Assembly (NCBI RefSeq): GCF_033153115.1
Contig: NW_026889786.1
Location: 1,612,001 to 1,676,000 of the forward strand
Reading direction: 5' to 3'
Length of the DNA: 64,000 bases
From: Saccostrea echinata
Taxonomy: Eukaryota
Numbering within the stretch: position 1 is the first letter of the stretch; each line of letters starts with the position of its first letter. The position numbers and the translations under genes were made by a program. Below the pieces are notes generated by a model. The model searched no databases. It saw nothing but the letters and a program-made list of their open reading frames with translations, and was not told where the DNA came from. This document shows positions 13,140 through 26,594 of the stretch, one piece after another.

Positions 13140-14425
13140 AGACATATTGTTTACAATGGAAGTTGAAAGTGAATGTTGAAAAAACGAAGATTCTAGTATT
13201 TTCAAAGGGTCCTATGTTAAAAAGAAATTTTTTTACGACAACTTAGTTATTGAAAATGTTAGAGAGTTTAAATATCTAGGCGTTGTTTTTTCACGCACAG
13301 GTTCCTTTTGTAAAACAAAAAAACACTTAAATGAACAAGCACAAAAAGCGATGTATGGCATTATAAGAAAAATTAGACAATTCCAATTACCAGTAGACCG
13401 TCAATTTGACCTTTTTGATAGAGTTGTAGTTCCAGTCTTACTATATGGCTCTGAAATATGGGGCTATGAAAATCTTGATATTATTGAGCGTTTGCACTTG
13501 AAGTTTATAAAGTATGTATTTAATTTGAAAAGTTCCACACCATCGTACATGGTCTATGGTGAAACAGGTCGCTTTCCTCTGTATATTATGGTATATTGTA
13601 GAATGATTTCATATTGGGCAAAGCTTTTTTCAGGCCCGCCAAATAAAATTGTAAATGTTTTATACAAACATATGTTTAAACTGTACAGTGATGGAAACTT
13701 AACAAACCCATGGTTAGACTGTATACAGAAAATATGTAATATGTGTGGTTTATCAAATGTATGGTACGAACAGGGTGTAAATATGAATTATAAATGGATA
13801 ACTGCTACTGTAAAACAAATATTACAAGATCAATTTATTCAAAAGTGGTCTAGTGACGTAAATAATTCTTCAAAAGGACAGATTTACAGAATCTTTAAAC
13901 AAAACTTTGGATCTGAACATTATATTGATAAGTTATCTCCTAAATTTAGAAAAATATTTATAAAATTTCGAACTGCAAATCATCATCTGCCAGTAGAGAC
14001 TGGAAGATGGTATGGTATACCACTATGTGATAGAATCTGTACACTTTGTAATAATAATCAAACTGCTGATGAATTTCATTATATCTTAGAATGTAAAACT
14101 TTAGCTAATGTAAGAAAAAATTACCTGGGCAATTATTATTCCCACAGACCTAATGTTATTAAATTTATGGAATTAATGTCAACCAAAAATGAAAAAATGC
14201 TGAAAAAACTGTGTATGTTTATTTTAAAAATTTATGATGCTGTCTGTCCTCCTTGATATATTTTCCCCTCTCTTATTTATTTATTTTCTTTTTCAATCAT
14301 ATGTCATGTTTTTTGTTTTGTATATGTACCTCTGACCAGATTGTATATAATGTATATATGTTGTTAATGAACCCCATGTACCAATATTTTGGTTTGGGTG
14401 AATAAATTGAACTTGAACTTGAACT
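13140..14425 (+). mobile_element. 5'-truncated non-LTR retrotransposon (CR1/L2 group), end of RT plus C-terminal Cys/His region
   Basis: YCLQWKLKVNVEKTKILVF (13145, frame 2), then a 1-nt frameshift in poly-T at ~13230, then REFKYLGVVF...PVLLYGSEIWG...LPVETGRW...CTLC..DEFHYILEC to stop 14256. Followed by AATAAA and a (TTGAAC)n tail at 14401-14425. Confidence 0.88.
13351..14256 (+). CDS. LINE ORF2 C-terminal fragment (301-aa open frame)
   Basis: ORF track; retrotransposon thumb and zinc-finger motifs; not a host gene. Confidence 0.75.
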   Translation: MYGIIRKIRQFQLPVDRQFDLFDRVVVPVLLYGSEIWGYENLDIIERLHLKFIKYVFNLKSSTPSYMVYGETGRFPLYIMVYCRMISYWAKLFSGPPNKIVNVLYKHMFKLYSDGNLTNPWLDCIQKICNMCGLSNVWYEQGVNMNYKWITATVKQILQDQFIQKWSSDVNNSSKGQIYRIFKQNFGSEHYIDKLSPKFRKIFIKFRTANHHLPVETGRWYGIPLCDRICTLCNNNQTADEFHYILECKTLANVRKNYLGNYYSHRPNVIKFMELMSTKNEKMLKKLCMFILKIYDAVCPP

Positions 14426-15030
14426 CAGAACATCATTTACAGTAATTAATTTGGAAATGATTACATTCTTCATCCCTGCATAAGAATAGATCAAAAGTAT
14501 CCATCTTTGGCACGTCATGTAATCCCGTGTCGTCTCTTTATGCTCAGACGTAAAAATCAAAACAATCAATCAATCAAATCATATGACGAAGACATCATTT
14601 CGAACGAATGAGTACTTTGATTCAATTTGTATGCATGCTTGTTTGACATGTAATACTACAAATGGCAAAAACTAAAATAGATTTATAGCTGTTACATGAA
14701 AGATATTGAATAATTAAAAAGATAAGGGTGTGCTAGTACTTACTAGTAGAGCACATGCATTGCCAAGGTGAGTCTTCTGTTGTTTTTAGAGAAAAGATAT
14801 GTCAGAAATGAAATAAATTAATGAAAAATTTGACCCGAATGCGCTAAATGATACTCAGCAACGATAAAAACTGGTTTTTACCCACGTTTAATAGAGACAA
14901 GAGGTCATTTTATTGAGTAATAGCATTTCTACAGGGTTTTCTATGAAGAAAAGGTATGTTCTTTTAAAAACAAAAACAAAAAAGTGTATCTTATTACAGT
15001 CGGCTTTATTCTATTTCTTTTATATTATTT

Positions 15031-16364
15031 TCATACTTTCCATCCCTTAAAACCTGACCAAATTCGATGCAGATAGTCTGCACCTGTTGTACGGATGTTG
15101 ACTTTGTCTCCAACTTTCAGAAGCAGTGGAACTGTATTTGAACAATTTTCATATCCTTGACTTAATTCATTGTTACAATTTCCGAGTCCGTTTCTTTGTC
15201 CATTGACTAGTATTTCTGAGTCAAAAAACTTGTTCGGTGCCACAACACTTGACCAAGTAAACACGTACAGTCCGTCAGATGGTGCTGTGAAGACTCCAGT
15301 GTGCCGATTGTAATCATTTCCGTGGTTGAGGTACAACATTAACACTGGTACTTTTATGTAGATGTAGCGTTTTGGTATTGTATGCATGAAATGCAATATA
15401 TTTTACTGCAAAATTAAAAAAAAATCTAACTTGCATATTTATTACGTCGATTTTTCATATTTTAATTCATCTGACTGTATCAGTGGGTATTTTCAGATAT
15501 ACTTTGAAAATATACAAAGAAAGTAAACAAAACTTGGATCTCCCACCCAAAGAAAAATGTAAATTTTGTAAGTTGGTAGGGGGAGTCAAATATACGAAGG
15601 AAAACGCCCCCCCCCCCCCCGAAATAGTTTTTTTTTTCGGCATTGGTAAATAAAGATTCTTTGATGCGTTTTATCTTCTTGTAAAAAAAAAATCTTCTTT
15701 TTCTTTTGGGATAAAAATGACTTGATAAACATTCCTTGATTTTCTAATGGTGGCGGATCCAGATTTAGGAGGGAGCATAATGAATACCTTTTGAATTGTT
15801 GTTGAGATCCTTGATACAGCGGTATTTGACCTCAAGATATTTAGAGTATTTGGGGCAGGGATCTCCAAAATACTGATCAGCAGCATGAAGGTGGCACATC
15901 CTGTACCCATTGCAGTTCCATTTTGTCTTGATTTCAGACATCTTTGAACGACAGGTTTGAGTTTTTATTTTACCAGTAGGACATACATTTCCGTCTGTTC
16001 GACCGTAATTGGCTGATAAGATCTGAATCTTGGTTCCTTTTGCACAGCCGATAAAACCCCTTTGATCGTCACAGAGAGCAAAAGTCTGGTCTAAATATCA
16101 TGTAAATTTTCTATTTACTCGGGGGAGGTAAATGAAAAATTTACAAGTTATCATGTTGTAAATTTTGCATTAACCCCCCCCCCCCCCAGTAAATTCAAAA
16201 TTTACATGATATAATGAATATGAAAGAATGTATCATTCTGGCATGTTTAAAAAAAAAAATAATTAAAAGCTAAAAGAACAATAAATTTAGAGTTTACCTG
16301 AAGTTTTCGCATTTCTGATCCATAAAAACAAAAGTAAAATACCAACACTTCGGAAATGCATCAT
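15031..16364 (-). CDS. Secreted SUEL (rhamnose-binding) lectin + C1q domain gene, copy A; C1q exon frameshifted
   Basis: Exons 16364-16298 (signal peptide MMHFRSVGILLLFLWIRNAKTS), 16090-15788 (SUEL: SANYGR...DPCPKYSKYLEVKYRC) and 15405-15031 (C1q: IAFHA...YLNHGNDY..TGVFTAPSDGLYVF...SGFKGWKV). Introns are GT-AG. The frame breaks near 15333, giving an early TGA. Confidence 0.82.
16097..16211. mobile_element. Short palindromic MITE in lectin copy A intron 1
   Basis: ATCATGTAAATTTT...AAAATTTACATGAT inverted ends; absent from the same position in copy B. Confidence 0.6.
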
Positions 16365-17018
16365 CTTTGTTTCTATAAAGTTGATTAAATAATGTAATAA
16401 TTGATTTGTATAATAAGCCTACCGAGTGTGCGTAAAAACTATCATTTAGGTGAAGAAAAAATGATTAAGATTTGCGTTATACATAAAAAAAACTTACCTA
16501 ATTGTAGAAAATAAAATAGAAAATAAAAAGTTTTCTGCTTAATCATGAAACAGACGTATATATATACATGTGTATAAATAAACTGTGCATGATTGAAAGT
16601 AACATATGTAACTTTTTTTTTTTAGCATGGAATGAAAATTATCACGAAATATTATCAAATATAAAATCAAACCTGAGATTAGCATGTTTACGTTGTTTAA
16701 AAAATGTTTCCCCGAAATATAGTCGTGAAAATCATAAAAAATTATAATTCTGTAAAAACAACTTTATTCTTCACTATGGTCTTTCAGAACGATAGCATTC
16801 AGATCAAAGAGCTAATTTCGAATCTACCCTGCCTTCACAGGAATAGGACGATCATGAACAATTTGCTAAAATAAAGTATATCAGGAAGGCAACAAAACAA
16901 AAGCATAACTGGAATGAAATAGGTTGCATGGTTCAAAAATACATGCATACACCTCAATAAGACAGTAACGACACTAGTTATACTCCCCATGTCACTTTAA
17001 ATCCTGATGACCAAGTAT

Positions 17019-17390
17019 GTCCCTGAAAACAACAGTCAACCTGTGAAATTAAATCAGGGCCATGATCAGCTAGATGATGATATTCTTATTTTTTCCTCCA
17101 AGAAAGTCTAACCAGTGCCTAGAGTGTCCATCAGACGAGGAAGGGGGGTGGGGGCGGCGATCAGAATGACAAGAGTGGACACGACATTGATGTCGAGAAT
17201 TAAGGACGCTTCTCATTCCTTGAAGGAAACAGTTTCCATACCTGAAACAGCTAGTGAAGCTGAACAGATTACTGCAGACTCATCTATAGATGAAGTTAGT
17301 GGTGAACCTGATGAAGCAAGTTCATCTTCTAGGGAATTTAAAGAACAGGATGAAAACAGGGTACCAGTGGTTACAATTTTTCCGAAAGTT
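17019..17390 (+). mobile_element. Remnant of decayed Gypsy 3' region (homologous to ~33765-34100)
   Basis: GTCCCTGAAAACAACAGTCAACCTGTGAAATTAAATCAGG matches 33765, which directly follows a Gypsy integrase C-terminus. Confidence 0.55.
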
Positions 17391-18943
17391 TGGACATTAA
17401 GGTTCCTTCGTCTCCCCCTCGCAGGTTCAAGAGAACTACAAAATGATGCGAGATTAGGAGTAGGTTGTACATATGGTTTGCATGACTGTAACTTGACTTC
17501 TATTTCTTTATTCTATCCTATACTTTCCGATAACCCATACATCTTTGACTTTTAAGGTAATTTTATTAGGATAAACTGAATTTAACTTCATTACTAATAA
17601 ATGAAGCTTAAAGTATAAATTCTTTGAGTATCTGATAATCTATTTATTACACAGAATAGCATGTTTATAGAACCCATTTATTTGTTTTGCTAAATATTTA
17701 TGCATGTAAATTGTTACTGATATTTTCTCAATTTTTTTTCATATCATCTAATGCTATATTCAACATAATAAATGAACAGAATCTGGGCAGCAGGATTTAC
17801 TTCGTTATTAAACAGGTCGGGTACACTACCTTTTATGGAAGGCACTTTTCAACACGTGACTATGTTTTCGTCAAACCCATTCCCCAATCAACTGAATGAA
17901 TCGCAAAGCATGTCGGGCTACTACGTGTTTACGATTCAACAGCGACATGTGGTTTTTGTCGGTCTACTGCATAATATTTACTTGGTCACCGGAAAAACTG
18001 TACAGTTTCTTTTTTACTTTATAAGTCTGAAATTGAAAGATTATATTCCAAAGACACTGTTCCATGCTCACATATAATATTGGAGCTGTTTTATATGATT
18101 AATAGTCGCTACAAATACCGTACAAACGCTTTAACGTTTGAATATAAATAAATACTTAGTGATGATATTGAGGAGTTAAATAATACTTGCGCATATTATA
18201 CTACTGTCTAAAACTATGTACATGTATATCACGTGAAAAAAAAAAACACAATCACTGCTTTATCGACACAATAGTACCTACGTCTCTTTGAGCAATAGTT
18301 TACGCCGTTGTATTACAAGTTGGTATAACCGAAGGCTTCAGAAAGAAAATTTTGTAAATGTGAGCATAGAAATGAAAGATTATATATCATTTTCAATATT
18401 TCTTTCATTAATATCGAAACAGAATTGAAAATGAGTTTCCAAGGGGACAATTAAATTTCCTCTTTATTTTCAATACACCAAAGTTCGTACTGATACCTGT
18501 AGTAGCCCACAATGCATTGTTGACTCATTCAACAGTCGGTAAAGTAAACAGATAGCTAATTTAACATGCAAATTTATGCTGACATCAGAAAATCTAGTGG
18601 TCTCGACCTGTTCATGAGAACTTAACTCTGAACCGTAATCAAATGACCTTCCAATGACCCCGCCTTTTATTACAGAGCATAACCAATCAAACACGTTCTT
18701 ATCGAACAAAACTGAAGTCCTGTGCTTTTCAGGATTTGAACAAGGTAGGTGTTTTCATAGTTACATTATTACACAGAGTAACAAAAAAGTGCGTTGATTA
18801 ACAAGGTCATAAGCTAGATTTTAAGTAGCTGATAAATACCTATAAAAAGCACTCAACCTGGTTCAATGTACTGATAGCATACGTCCGTCTACACCGGTGA
18901 CGATTGGTTACACTGACCAGTGACTGAGTGAGCGGCTCTATAG

Positions 18944-19610
18944 CAGGTCCAGTACAATCAGTGCATTTAGCTACGTAGCTAAAATTACCTACCGTAGCTT
19001 TATTTTCCTTCCGCAGGTAGCTTTATTTAGCTATTTCAAGGCAACTTTTCACAATTTTGCTTCTTATTTTAAAAAGACATAAAGTCGAAAGTAAATTTCT
19101 AATAATATTTATTCTAGGTATCATTTAAAAAGCAACCTAAAGCAGAGAGAGTTTTAACATTGCTGCGTTTGAACACTTTTAAGGAAAATATGTATTTCCA
19201 TTGTTTAAGTAACTGTACACCATCTTGTGTGCGATGAGGCGTGGATAAGTAATATTACTTCACATTGTGCTCATGTTAACCAAAACTGGTTTTCTTTGTT
19301 ATTTCACTCAAGAAGTAACTGTTAGATCACAAATTAACTGTTGTATATAGCTCCAAAACTTTAGAACTTTGATTGCAATTGCGCAGAAAAGACACATCTC
19401 CAAGAGTGATTTTTTCATGAATTGTTTTCAGATGTTCAAAGTTGAAAATTATCACTGCATCAAAGTGCAATTTTCTGCACATTCTGGGAAAATGCTAATA
19501 TAAGAAATTAGTTTGATTTAGTAGCTAAATAAAGCTACTTCAGGTAGGTAAATAAAGCTATGTAGATGATTCAAGCTACGTAGCTAAATCTAGTGATTGT
19601 ACCAGACCTG
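18944..19610. mobile_element. MITE (hAT-like CAG termini) with long imperfect TIRs
   Basis: CAGGTCCAGTACAATCAGTGCATTTAGCTACGTAGCT vs AGCTACGTAGCTAAATCTAGTGATTGTACCAGACCTG; repeated GTAGCTTTATTT subterminal motifs; TSD unclear. Confidence 0.75.
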
Positions 19611-19689
19611 TATATATAGGGGTCCTCAGATATAGCGAGAGTCCAATCGAATGTGGCGGACAAATTTCTTTTACGAATCGTGTTCAGCT

Positions 19690-20560
19690 TTAAACATTAT
19701 TCCTAATAAGATTGAATGCATTTAGAATGCTTACAAACTTTAGTGCAATGCGATTTTTCAAAATCGTAAAATTTATTTGCAGCGGCGTTGTCAGGTACAG
19801 AAAAATATCCCGAGGACCGGTATTTGGACTTGCTTTGCAGGAAATCTGCTTAACTTTCCTGAGTGAAACTTAACATAAAAGTTACCATTGATAGTTTTCC
19901 TTTGGCTCTATGTACAAGTTTTAATGAACCTCTTCAATAAAAAGAAAATTTATAAATCATATTTGGAGCCCTAGCTTCTCTTTGCAATAATAGGGCGACA
20001 GCTTCCTCTTTGATTCCACATTTTATTCTCGATCTTCCTTTTAGGCAGTAAAAAACTCCACCCATGTTACGACATCTATCAATCAAGTTTATCAAATCTT
20101 TTTTGAAAAATTTTCATTTTTATATATACCATTTGGCCATTTAAAGTGCGTTTTCTCTCAAGCATTTCTAAGGGAAAAAGGCACCCGTCTGGTAGAATTA
20201 TTGTTAGATTTATTTCATTGGTCAATACTCTGGAAACTGTTGTGACGATGAAATGTTTAGCATCTTAGCAATATCTATCATGTTGTTCACAGCATTGCAT
20301 GATATTTTTTGGTGCTCCAACAAATTTCGATTGACCATTTTGATTGCGATCTTTTACTTGTACCTTTTTACTTTTGAATTTCCGAAACCATCTGAAAACT
20401 TGTGTGAAAGACTAATCTTTCTACATATTAAAATCATATCTATTGGTTCTTTAGCTATTTATGTAATGAAGCACAGTTTTCACATGCGTCCTCATTTTCA
20501 TCCTCTTGACAGAGATCATTTTTAAACAGTTATCAGCTCAGTGTAGTGACCATGTTTACT
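19690..20560 (-). pseudogene. Decayed mariner-type transposase
   Basis: Broken minus-strand reading: RRVPFSL (~WVPH.L, 20189), VTWVEF...RKIENKMW (~DETW region, 20070), KGKTINGNFY, DNAAA (~HDNA, 19792); many frameshifts. Confidence 0.6.
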
Positions 20561-21074
20561 TTAAAAGTGAATTCTTTTGCGAGAACAATACGGAAAAGCA
20601 TGGGGTTTTCTGTGATTAGAGGTTCCTTATTTAACAGAACTTTTCAACTGTCAAAAATTAAAATTAAATACTTCTACATTTATTTTGATAAACTGTACAT
20701 TGCATTATTTATTGAATGGCCCTCGTAAGTATATTGAGTTATATAGTGAGTTAGCTAGGCTTCAAGCCTATATCTTGGCAATATTTGTAAAATAAACAAG
20801 ATTTATTTTTCGTTATTATCATACATGTAGTTTTAAATCATACTATACATCCTTTTGATTATTAAGGAGAGAATTTAAATTAAAGACAAGAGGAAAGGCA
20901 AATGTGAAAAAATTAAAGGAATAACAAATAAAGCAAAATTCTTTGAAATGTAAAATTGTGGATTAGATACATTCAAAATAATTAAATCTGCTTTTTGCAC
21001 ATGTATGTTATATGAAATATATCAAATAAAACCTTTTGCTTTTCAATTTAGATTGCCAAGGTTCTTGAAGTACC

Positions 21075-22742
21075 ATGGAGCACTTGGTTGATGAAGTAAC
21101 CACTGCCCAGGTTTTGATTCCATGTTTTCTTTGTCCAAACAAAGCTGAACTCATCTGCAACACGTGTAAATTCAATTTATGTGTTACTTGTGCTGGGCAG
21201 CATGTAATATCTTTGCCTACTCAAAACCATGACGTTATCAAGTACTCTATGAAATATAAATTTTTCCCACAGCCATGCTGTTCCATTCATTCTGATCAGA
21301 GGTGTGAAATTCATTGTCAGCAATGTAACCTTCCCATTTGCAGTGATTGCATCGTATCCAAAGCTCACTCTGAACACGAATTGAGCAAGATAAATGAAGT
21401 TTATGCTGTTAAGGAGAAAACCATTTACAATGAAATAGAATTTCTAAAATGCATAATAGCTCCAGAAGTGAGAAATATCGTTGAACAGATACAAAAAGAC
21501 ATTTTGGAACTGCCAAAAAACAGCATCAAATTGAAATCAAATGTAACCAAGCATGGAGAGGAACTACATAGAACTGTGGAATGCGCCATCAAAAAGCAAC
21601 TTGAAAATATTGATGCTGCAGAAAAACAAGATTTGGATAACCTCAAGAACAATTTGTCTGAGTTTCAAAAACTTCTGGATAATATTCATGAAATCATAAA
21701 GAAAAACGAAGAGATAATTGCAACAAGGACTGATCAAATATTTACTTTTGAATCGCAGCTGGAAGTAATGTCACAAATTCCCCAGAGACTATACATTTCA
21801 TTCGCCCAGTTCCAGCCGGCATCAGCACCTATGAATGAGGTCTGCAAATTAATGGGGAATCTTCAATCGTCGACTTTAAAATACACGACAGAAATCGATT
21901 GGGCTAGCAAATTACATTTTTATAACAATTTCCTTGCAACACCCTCTGTCACCACCGACATAGATACAGAATGCTGCCCTCTGTACCGAATCAGTTGTTT
22001 GAAAAACGAGAAGGCTTGGATAAATGGAAATGATGACACACTGAGAGAAATTAACCCCACGGGATTAGTGCTTAGAAAAGTGACTGCACAAGGGAGTATT
22101 CCATTTGGTTTGGCAACTACCAGAACAGGGGAACTTCTTTACACAGATTATAGCGAGAAAAGCGTCAAGATGTTAAACGATGGAAAATTAAGGACCCTCA
22201 TTAGGTGCGTCTGGATACCATCTGGTATATGTGTATCCTCCTCAGGAGATAAATTTGTCGCATTATGCAATGATAGAATTTCAAATCTACAATTCATTGT
22301 CATGCAGTATTCTGGTGGCATCATTAAACATACATTCCAATTTGACGAACAGAAACAGAATCTTTTTGCAACCGAGGGGCCTTACAAATGCCTTCAAATT
22401 GCACTTAACAAAAATGGAGATATCTGCATTGTAGACTGGAATGGTGCAGCAGTGATCATCTTAAATCAGAAAGGGTGTCTCAAGACAAAATATTGCTGCA
22501 AAACAAACCCGAAACTTCCGGAGAGCTTTGCACCACGTTATATCGCAACGGACAGTCATAATCATATTTTGGTGTCAGATACAAAAAACAATTGTATTCA
22601 CATCTTAGACTCTGAGGGTGTCCCTCTTACCGTACTAAAGTGTGGTCTTGTTCGTCCCTGTGGAATTAGCATTGATAGTGACAACCACCTCTGGGTTGCT
22701 GAGCAGGCTGGAAAAGTGAAAATCATCAAGTTCTTGAAGTAG
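21075..22742 (+). CDS. RING-less tripartite-motif-like protein (2 B-boxes, coiled coil, NHL beta-propeller), single coding exon
   Basis: 555-aa ORF. B-boxes CFLC..C..C..LC..C..H and C..H..C..HC..C..IC..C..H..H; coiled coil; NHL motifs PFGLA, PSGIC, PRYIATDS..HILVSD..NNCIHILD, PCGISIDS. Acceptor AG at ~21051. Confidence 0.92.
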   Translation: MEHLVDEVTTAQVLIPCFLCPNKAELICNTCKFNLCVTCAGQHVISLPTQNHDVIKYSMKYKFFPQPCCSIHSDQRCEIHCQQCNLPICSDCIVSKAHSEHELSKINEVYAVKEKTIYNEIEFLKCIIAPEVRNIVEQIQKDILELPKNSIKLKSNVTKHGEELHRTVECAIKKQLENIDAAEKQDLDNLKNNLSEFQKLLDNIHEIIKKNEEIIATRTDQIFTFESQLEVMSQIPQRLYISFAQFQPASAPMNEVCKLMGNLQSSTLKYTTEIDWASKLHFYNNFLATPSVTTDIDTECCPLYRISCLKNEKAWINGNDDTLREINPTGLVLRKVTAQGSIPFGLATTRTGELLYTDYSEKSVKMLNDGKLRTLIRCVWIPSGICVSSSGDKFVALCNDRISNLQFIVMQYSGGIIKHTFQFDEQKQNLFATEGPYKCLQIALNKNGDICIVDWNGAAVIILNQKGCLKTKYCCKTNPKLPESFAPRYIATDSHNHILVSDTKNNCIHILDSEGVPLTVLKCGLVRPCGISIDSDNHLWVAEQAGKVKIIKFLK

Positions 22743-23710
22743 ATAACTCTTAAGTTTAAAAGGTTTTGTTCACCAGATTTCTAGTATTATAGCACTTTGA
22801 TTATGGAATCATTATTTTCGTAATCATTCTTTTTCCTTTCCTGAGGTTAAAAAATCCCTCAGTCAATTAAAATGATATTTGAAAATACGAGAAAATGTAA
22901 AATGTATAAATTAATCACACTACTGATCAAGAACTGAAAGATAAACATTTTTTAAAAAGTTTCAAGAATAATGTATCAGTGTATTATATTTTTGTGTTTA
23001 AAAAATAAAGGGAATTGAAAATTGAAAATAACGTTTTAGCATTATTACTTTATAAAATACGATAAAGATGGCTAGAGGACATAATTAAGGAGGTTGGGTG
23101 CTCAACAATCACCAAACAGAACCACATATAAATGTGTGAAATATAATTTATTCAAGCCATAAAACATTTGGTAGAAAAAAAAACGCACCATGTTACAGCA
23201 AGTTTCCCATATTGTTAAACAAATCTCTCCTTTTCCATGATATTTAAAGCTGACAGGAACTCTTAAAAACGCAACAGTTTCATCTATGTACGACTTGTTT
23301 CATACAACTATAGCCTACTAGTATTCCGCTATATTGTAACGATATATACCCTGATGCGATTCTACTGTTATTGGATCAAAAGTTACTTTATATTTAATAA
23401 CGGACTAGCATATTGCATGTAGTTGACATAATGTATGCTCTCGGATGACCAATATATAGGATGTCTGTAAGTTTTTTGCTTTGTTTTGTTTTGTTTTGGT
23501 TAATACAAAATATGTCAAAAACATATCACAGCTTATTATTTTCATTGATTATTGACATTATAGTGACATTATTTTTTTTCTAGTGTATTTAATGAGAAAT
23601 GAAATGAGTTAAAACTGATTTCAGTACTTTTAATTATTATCAGGAAAATCATAACGATTTGCGTTCATGTCTTACACACTCCCAGGTAGGGAGTACATAA
23701 CTTACCTATT

Positions 23711-23934
23711 CAGGCCCGTAGGAAGCAATTTCAGTTGGGGGGGGAGGGGCACAACCATACATTTTCAGATTTTCAGCTTGGGGGGGGGGGGGGCACTAAA
23801 AAAAAAAAGGTCATCAGACGTTATTATTGAGGGGGGTATATAGTAGCTAAATTTTCTATAGTATTCTGTATATCGGCAAAATTATGGGGGGGGGCACGGC
23901 CCCCCGTGCCCCCCCCCCGGTTCCTACGGCCATG
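23711..23934. mobile_element. GC-rich MITE
   Basis: CAGGCCCGTAGGAA ... TTCCTACGGCCATG inverted ends, flanked by CTATT on both sides. Confidence 0.65.
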
Positions 23935-26181
23935 CTATTGTAAACTCTTTTTATACAATCATAAATTAATGATTTTCTAATGAGAAATGAAAATGAAATT
24001 GAAACATAGTGAAAACAATTAAGACTTTAAAGCAATTTTTAAAAATATTTTACTCATGATTTTATATATATTATCATTAAAGAATTATTTCAAATAATTC
24101 ATTTAAAAAAGGATGGGAAACGAAACCGAGAATCGACCCCCTCCCCCTAACTTTCTCAATGAAAAGGTTTTTCGATGTAGGGCAGTTTCGAGGTTTTGTA
24201 TTTATTTTAAAAAATATTTAAGTTTTTTTTCCTTACCCCCTTTTTTATATGTGTTGCAACGTGTCTCATCGATCTGGATAATAATCTTATTTTCGTACTC
24301 CTTGGGATACGAATGCAGTTTACCTGTTGCGTGCGTTTGCATACTTTTTTTTATTATGCTCATAAATTTGAGCAAAGAGTGTTTCGGAGACCTGTTTCGT
24401 ACATACTTTCATCAGGATTCAGATTTGAATCTTTAAACCAAACCTGTAAGTCATGAAAGATAAGACTTTGAACATATTTTTCAGCTCATTTCATATTAGA
24501 AACTTATAAAAAAAGAAAAAACAGAAAATTATATTTTTGCAAATTTAGAATAGGTTACTTTAAAATTTTCAAAAATATTTTATCAATATTGTCAAATTTC
24601 TGCCATTTCAATTTCAAGAATGAAAGAATTAAAAATATTAATCGACCAGCTCATTTCAAATTCCTCAAGCGTGTTTTATACCAGTTGGCCCCGCACTTTT
24701 TTGATCAGTATAGGGTTTTTTTCGTGCTTGTCAGATTTTTTGTGAAGAAGCCCCCCCCCCCCTACTTTTGCTACGGGCCTGTTAACAGGAGGTGTAACGA
24801 GATATGGTAATGCTTTTCGCTTGAAGTCGATTGTCGATGATCTGAAATACCTTTTTTTTATACGAGGATCTATGTCATTTCTTGCTTTACAAAATGTAAT
24901 TCGTTTCTTTTTCTGTATTCTTATTCTGTATTTATACGAGTAGATTGCAGAATACTTTTACACCTGTCGATAATAAAATGAAATTTTTGAAAATTTATGT
25001 TTCAAAGACTTTTTTATAGAACAAAATTGGAAAGTTATACGTATCAATACACATCATGATAAATATGTCAAAATATTGATATATGTATGATTTTTTCTTT
25101 TTGGCTTATTAATACTCATAATTATCTTGTTTACACCCTTTACATCCATTCCGGGGATAAATCATATTGAGGTCCATTCGGCAAACCGGATGATTTCCGC
25201 CTTTCATCAAACTATTAAATTATCAAATTACATGTAGATGAGGTACATGTACGAATCGGCCAAGGTGTGCCGAGTGTGATGAGGTCTTTGGGCCCGTTCC
25301 TGGGTTTCTGGAAAGGGTGTACGGGGGATTGTATAGAGGTAGTATCCTTTCCCTAAACTACATGTAGACTTATTTACATAAATGATTACCATTTTGGTCG
25401 ATTTAGATGCATTTGGAAGCATTATTTTTATAAATTTCAAAGAAAAAAAAATGACACACTACTTAAATACTGTAATGATAAGATGAAAAAAGTATTATAC
25501 CATATGTATTTTTTTCTGTATCCGGAAGATAATTCTGTTTTTCGTTCTAAATATGTTCCTGTTCCAAGAGAAGCAGAATTTTTGAGTTGCTAGAGTTAAC
25601 CCAAAAACAAGATATATGTATCCTGAGATAATTACAAGACAAAATCAATTATCCTTTTTATTCCTGCAAGTAATAATCCGATCTATGAATTAAAAATATC
25701 TCTCCGTTAGAAAGTATTTTCCTTAACAATATTCTATTACAAATTCTAAGCTCCTTGGGTAAATAGATGTGGAATAATTTTTGTACAGTTATGTACATGT
25801 TATTTGGCATATGAAAACCACAAACTTCAAGCCTTTACACCATCTTCGCTAGCCAAGTCGAGGACACAATCAAATCCCAAATTTCTATGGGTAAAGGCGA
25901 CAGTGGTATCAGAAACACGTTCGATGTCAAAAATATGTCACCACAACAAATATTGAACAAAAATGAACACGAAAATGTATTTTTCTTCTTATCTCAAGTC
26001 ATGATGAATTTGATAATTAAAAAAAAAATAATAAAACTTCAAATCTGATAGGAAAGATGGAAATTAAATCAATGAAAATACCGTTTGGTCACCTCGACCA
26101 CTCTAGCTACATACATGTAAGAGTTCAAAAACAGGGCGTGCGCATAAGCAGAAATAAAATCGGAAAAGAGAAATATTTTAA

Positions 26182-26594
26182 GGATGCATTCTGCGGACAA
26201 TGCAGAGGTGTCAGTCATTTTTGCGGAATACCTCTTGTTTTATACATCAAAATATCATTTATTTTATTTATTTATTGGGGGGGGGGGGGGCATTAACCCC
26301 CTAATTTTCTATTTGCATTTTGATTGTTTGTAGATTTGACAGTCTTCTAAAAAATATCAAGAAAAGTTTCATTCCACATCATAAGTTTTCAGAGAAAGAA
26401 ATTTTCTATTCATTATTTATGAAAAATCCCAATAAGTCTGGTTTCCCGCCATATTTTCAATGTCTCGTATCTCAAAAATATGCTCACTAACTCATATTTT
26501 TTCTACTTCGTATTTTGTTTCAAATAATGAATACATAGAATTAAAATGCCAAAATTAAAAAGTTTAATGCAAGTTATCTCAGCAGAATACATCC
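26182..26594. mobile_element. Kolobok-like MITE
   Basis: TTAA|GGATGCATTCTGC ... GCAGAATACATCC|TTTA. Confidence 0.65.

Larger units (their letters stand above)
14470..23010. repeat. Segmental duplication, copy A (lectin + TRIM cassette)
   Basis: Colinear similarity with 26618-36280, e.g. 14510 GGCACGTCATGTAA = 26650; 18655 = 34535; TRIM 3' end 22420-23000 = 35708-36270. Confidence 0.9.

Noticed and set aside
12873-13205. ORFs at 12873-13205, 36454-36714 and 55106-55588
   Set aside because: Translations of non-coding Helentron/HINE repeats.
17115-17555. 146-aa ORF as a host gene
   Set aside because: GTG start, low-complexity acidic/Ser content, and the homologous copy B region is a disrupted Gypsy tail.
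25132-25321. Possible small MITE (TACACCCTTT...AAAGGGTGTA)
   Set aside because: Only a 10-bp inverted match and no independent support in the window.
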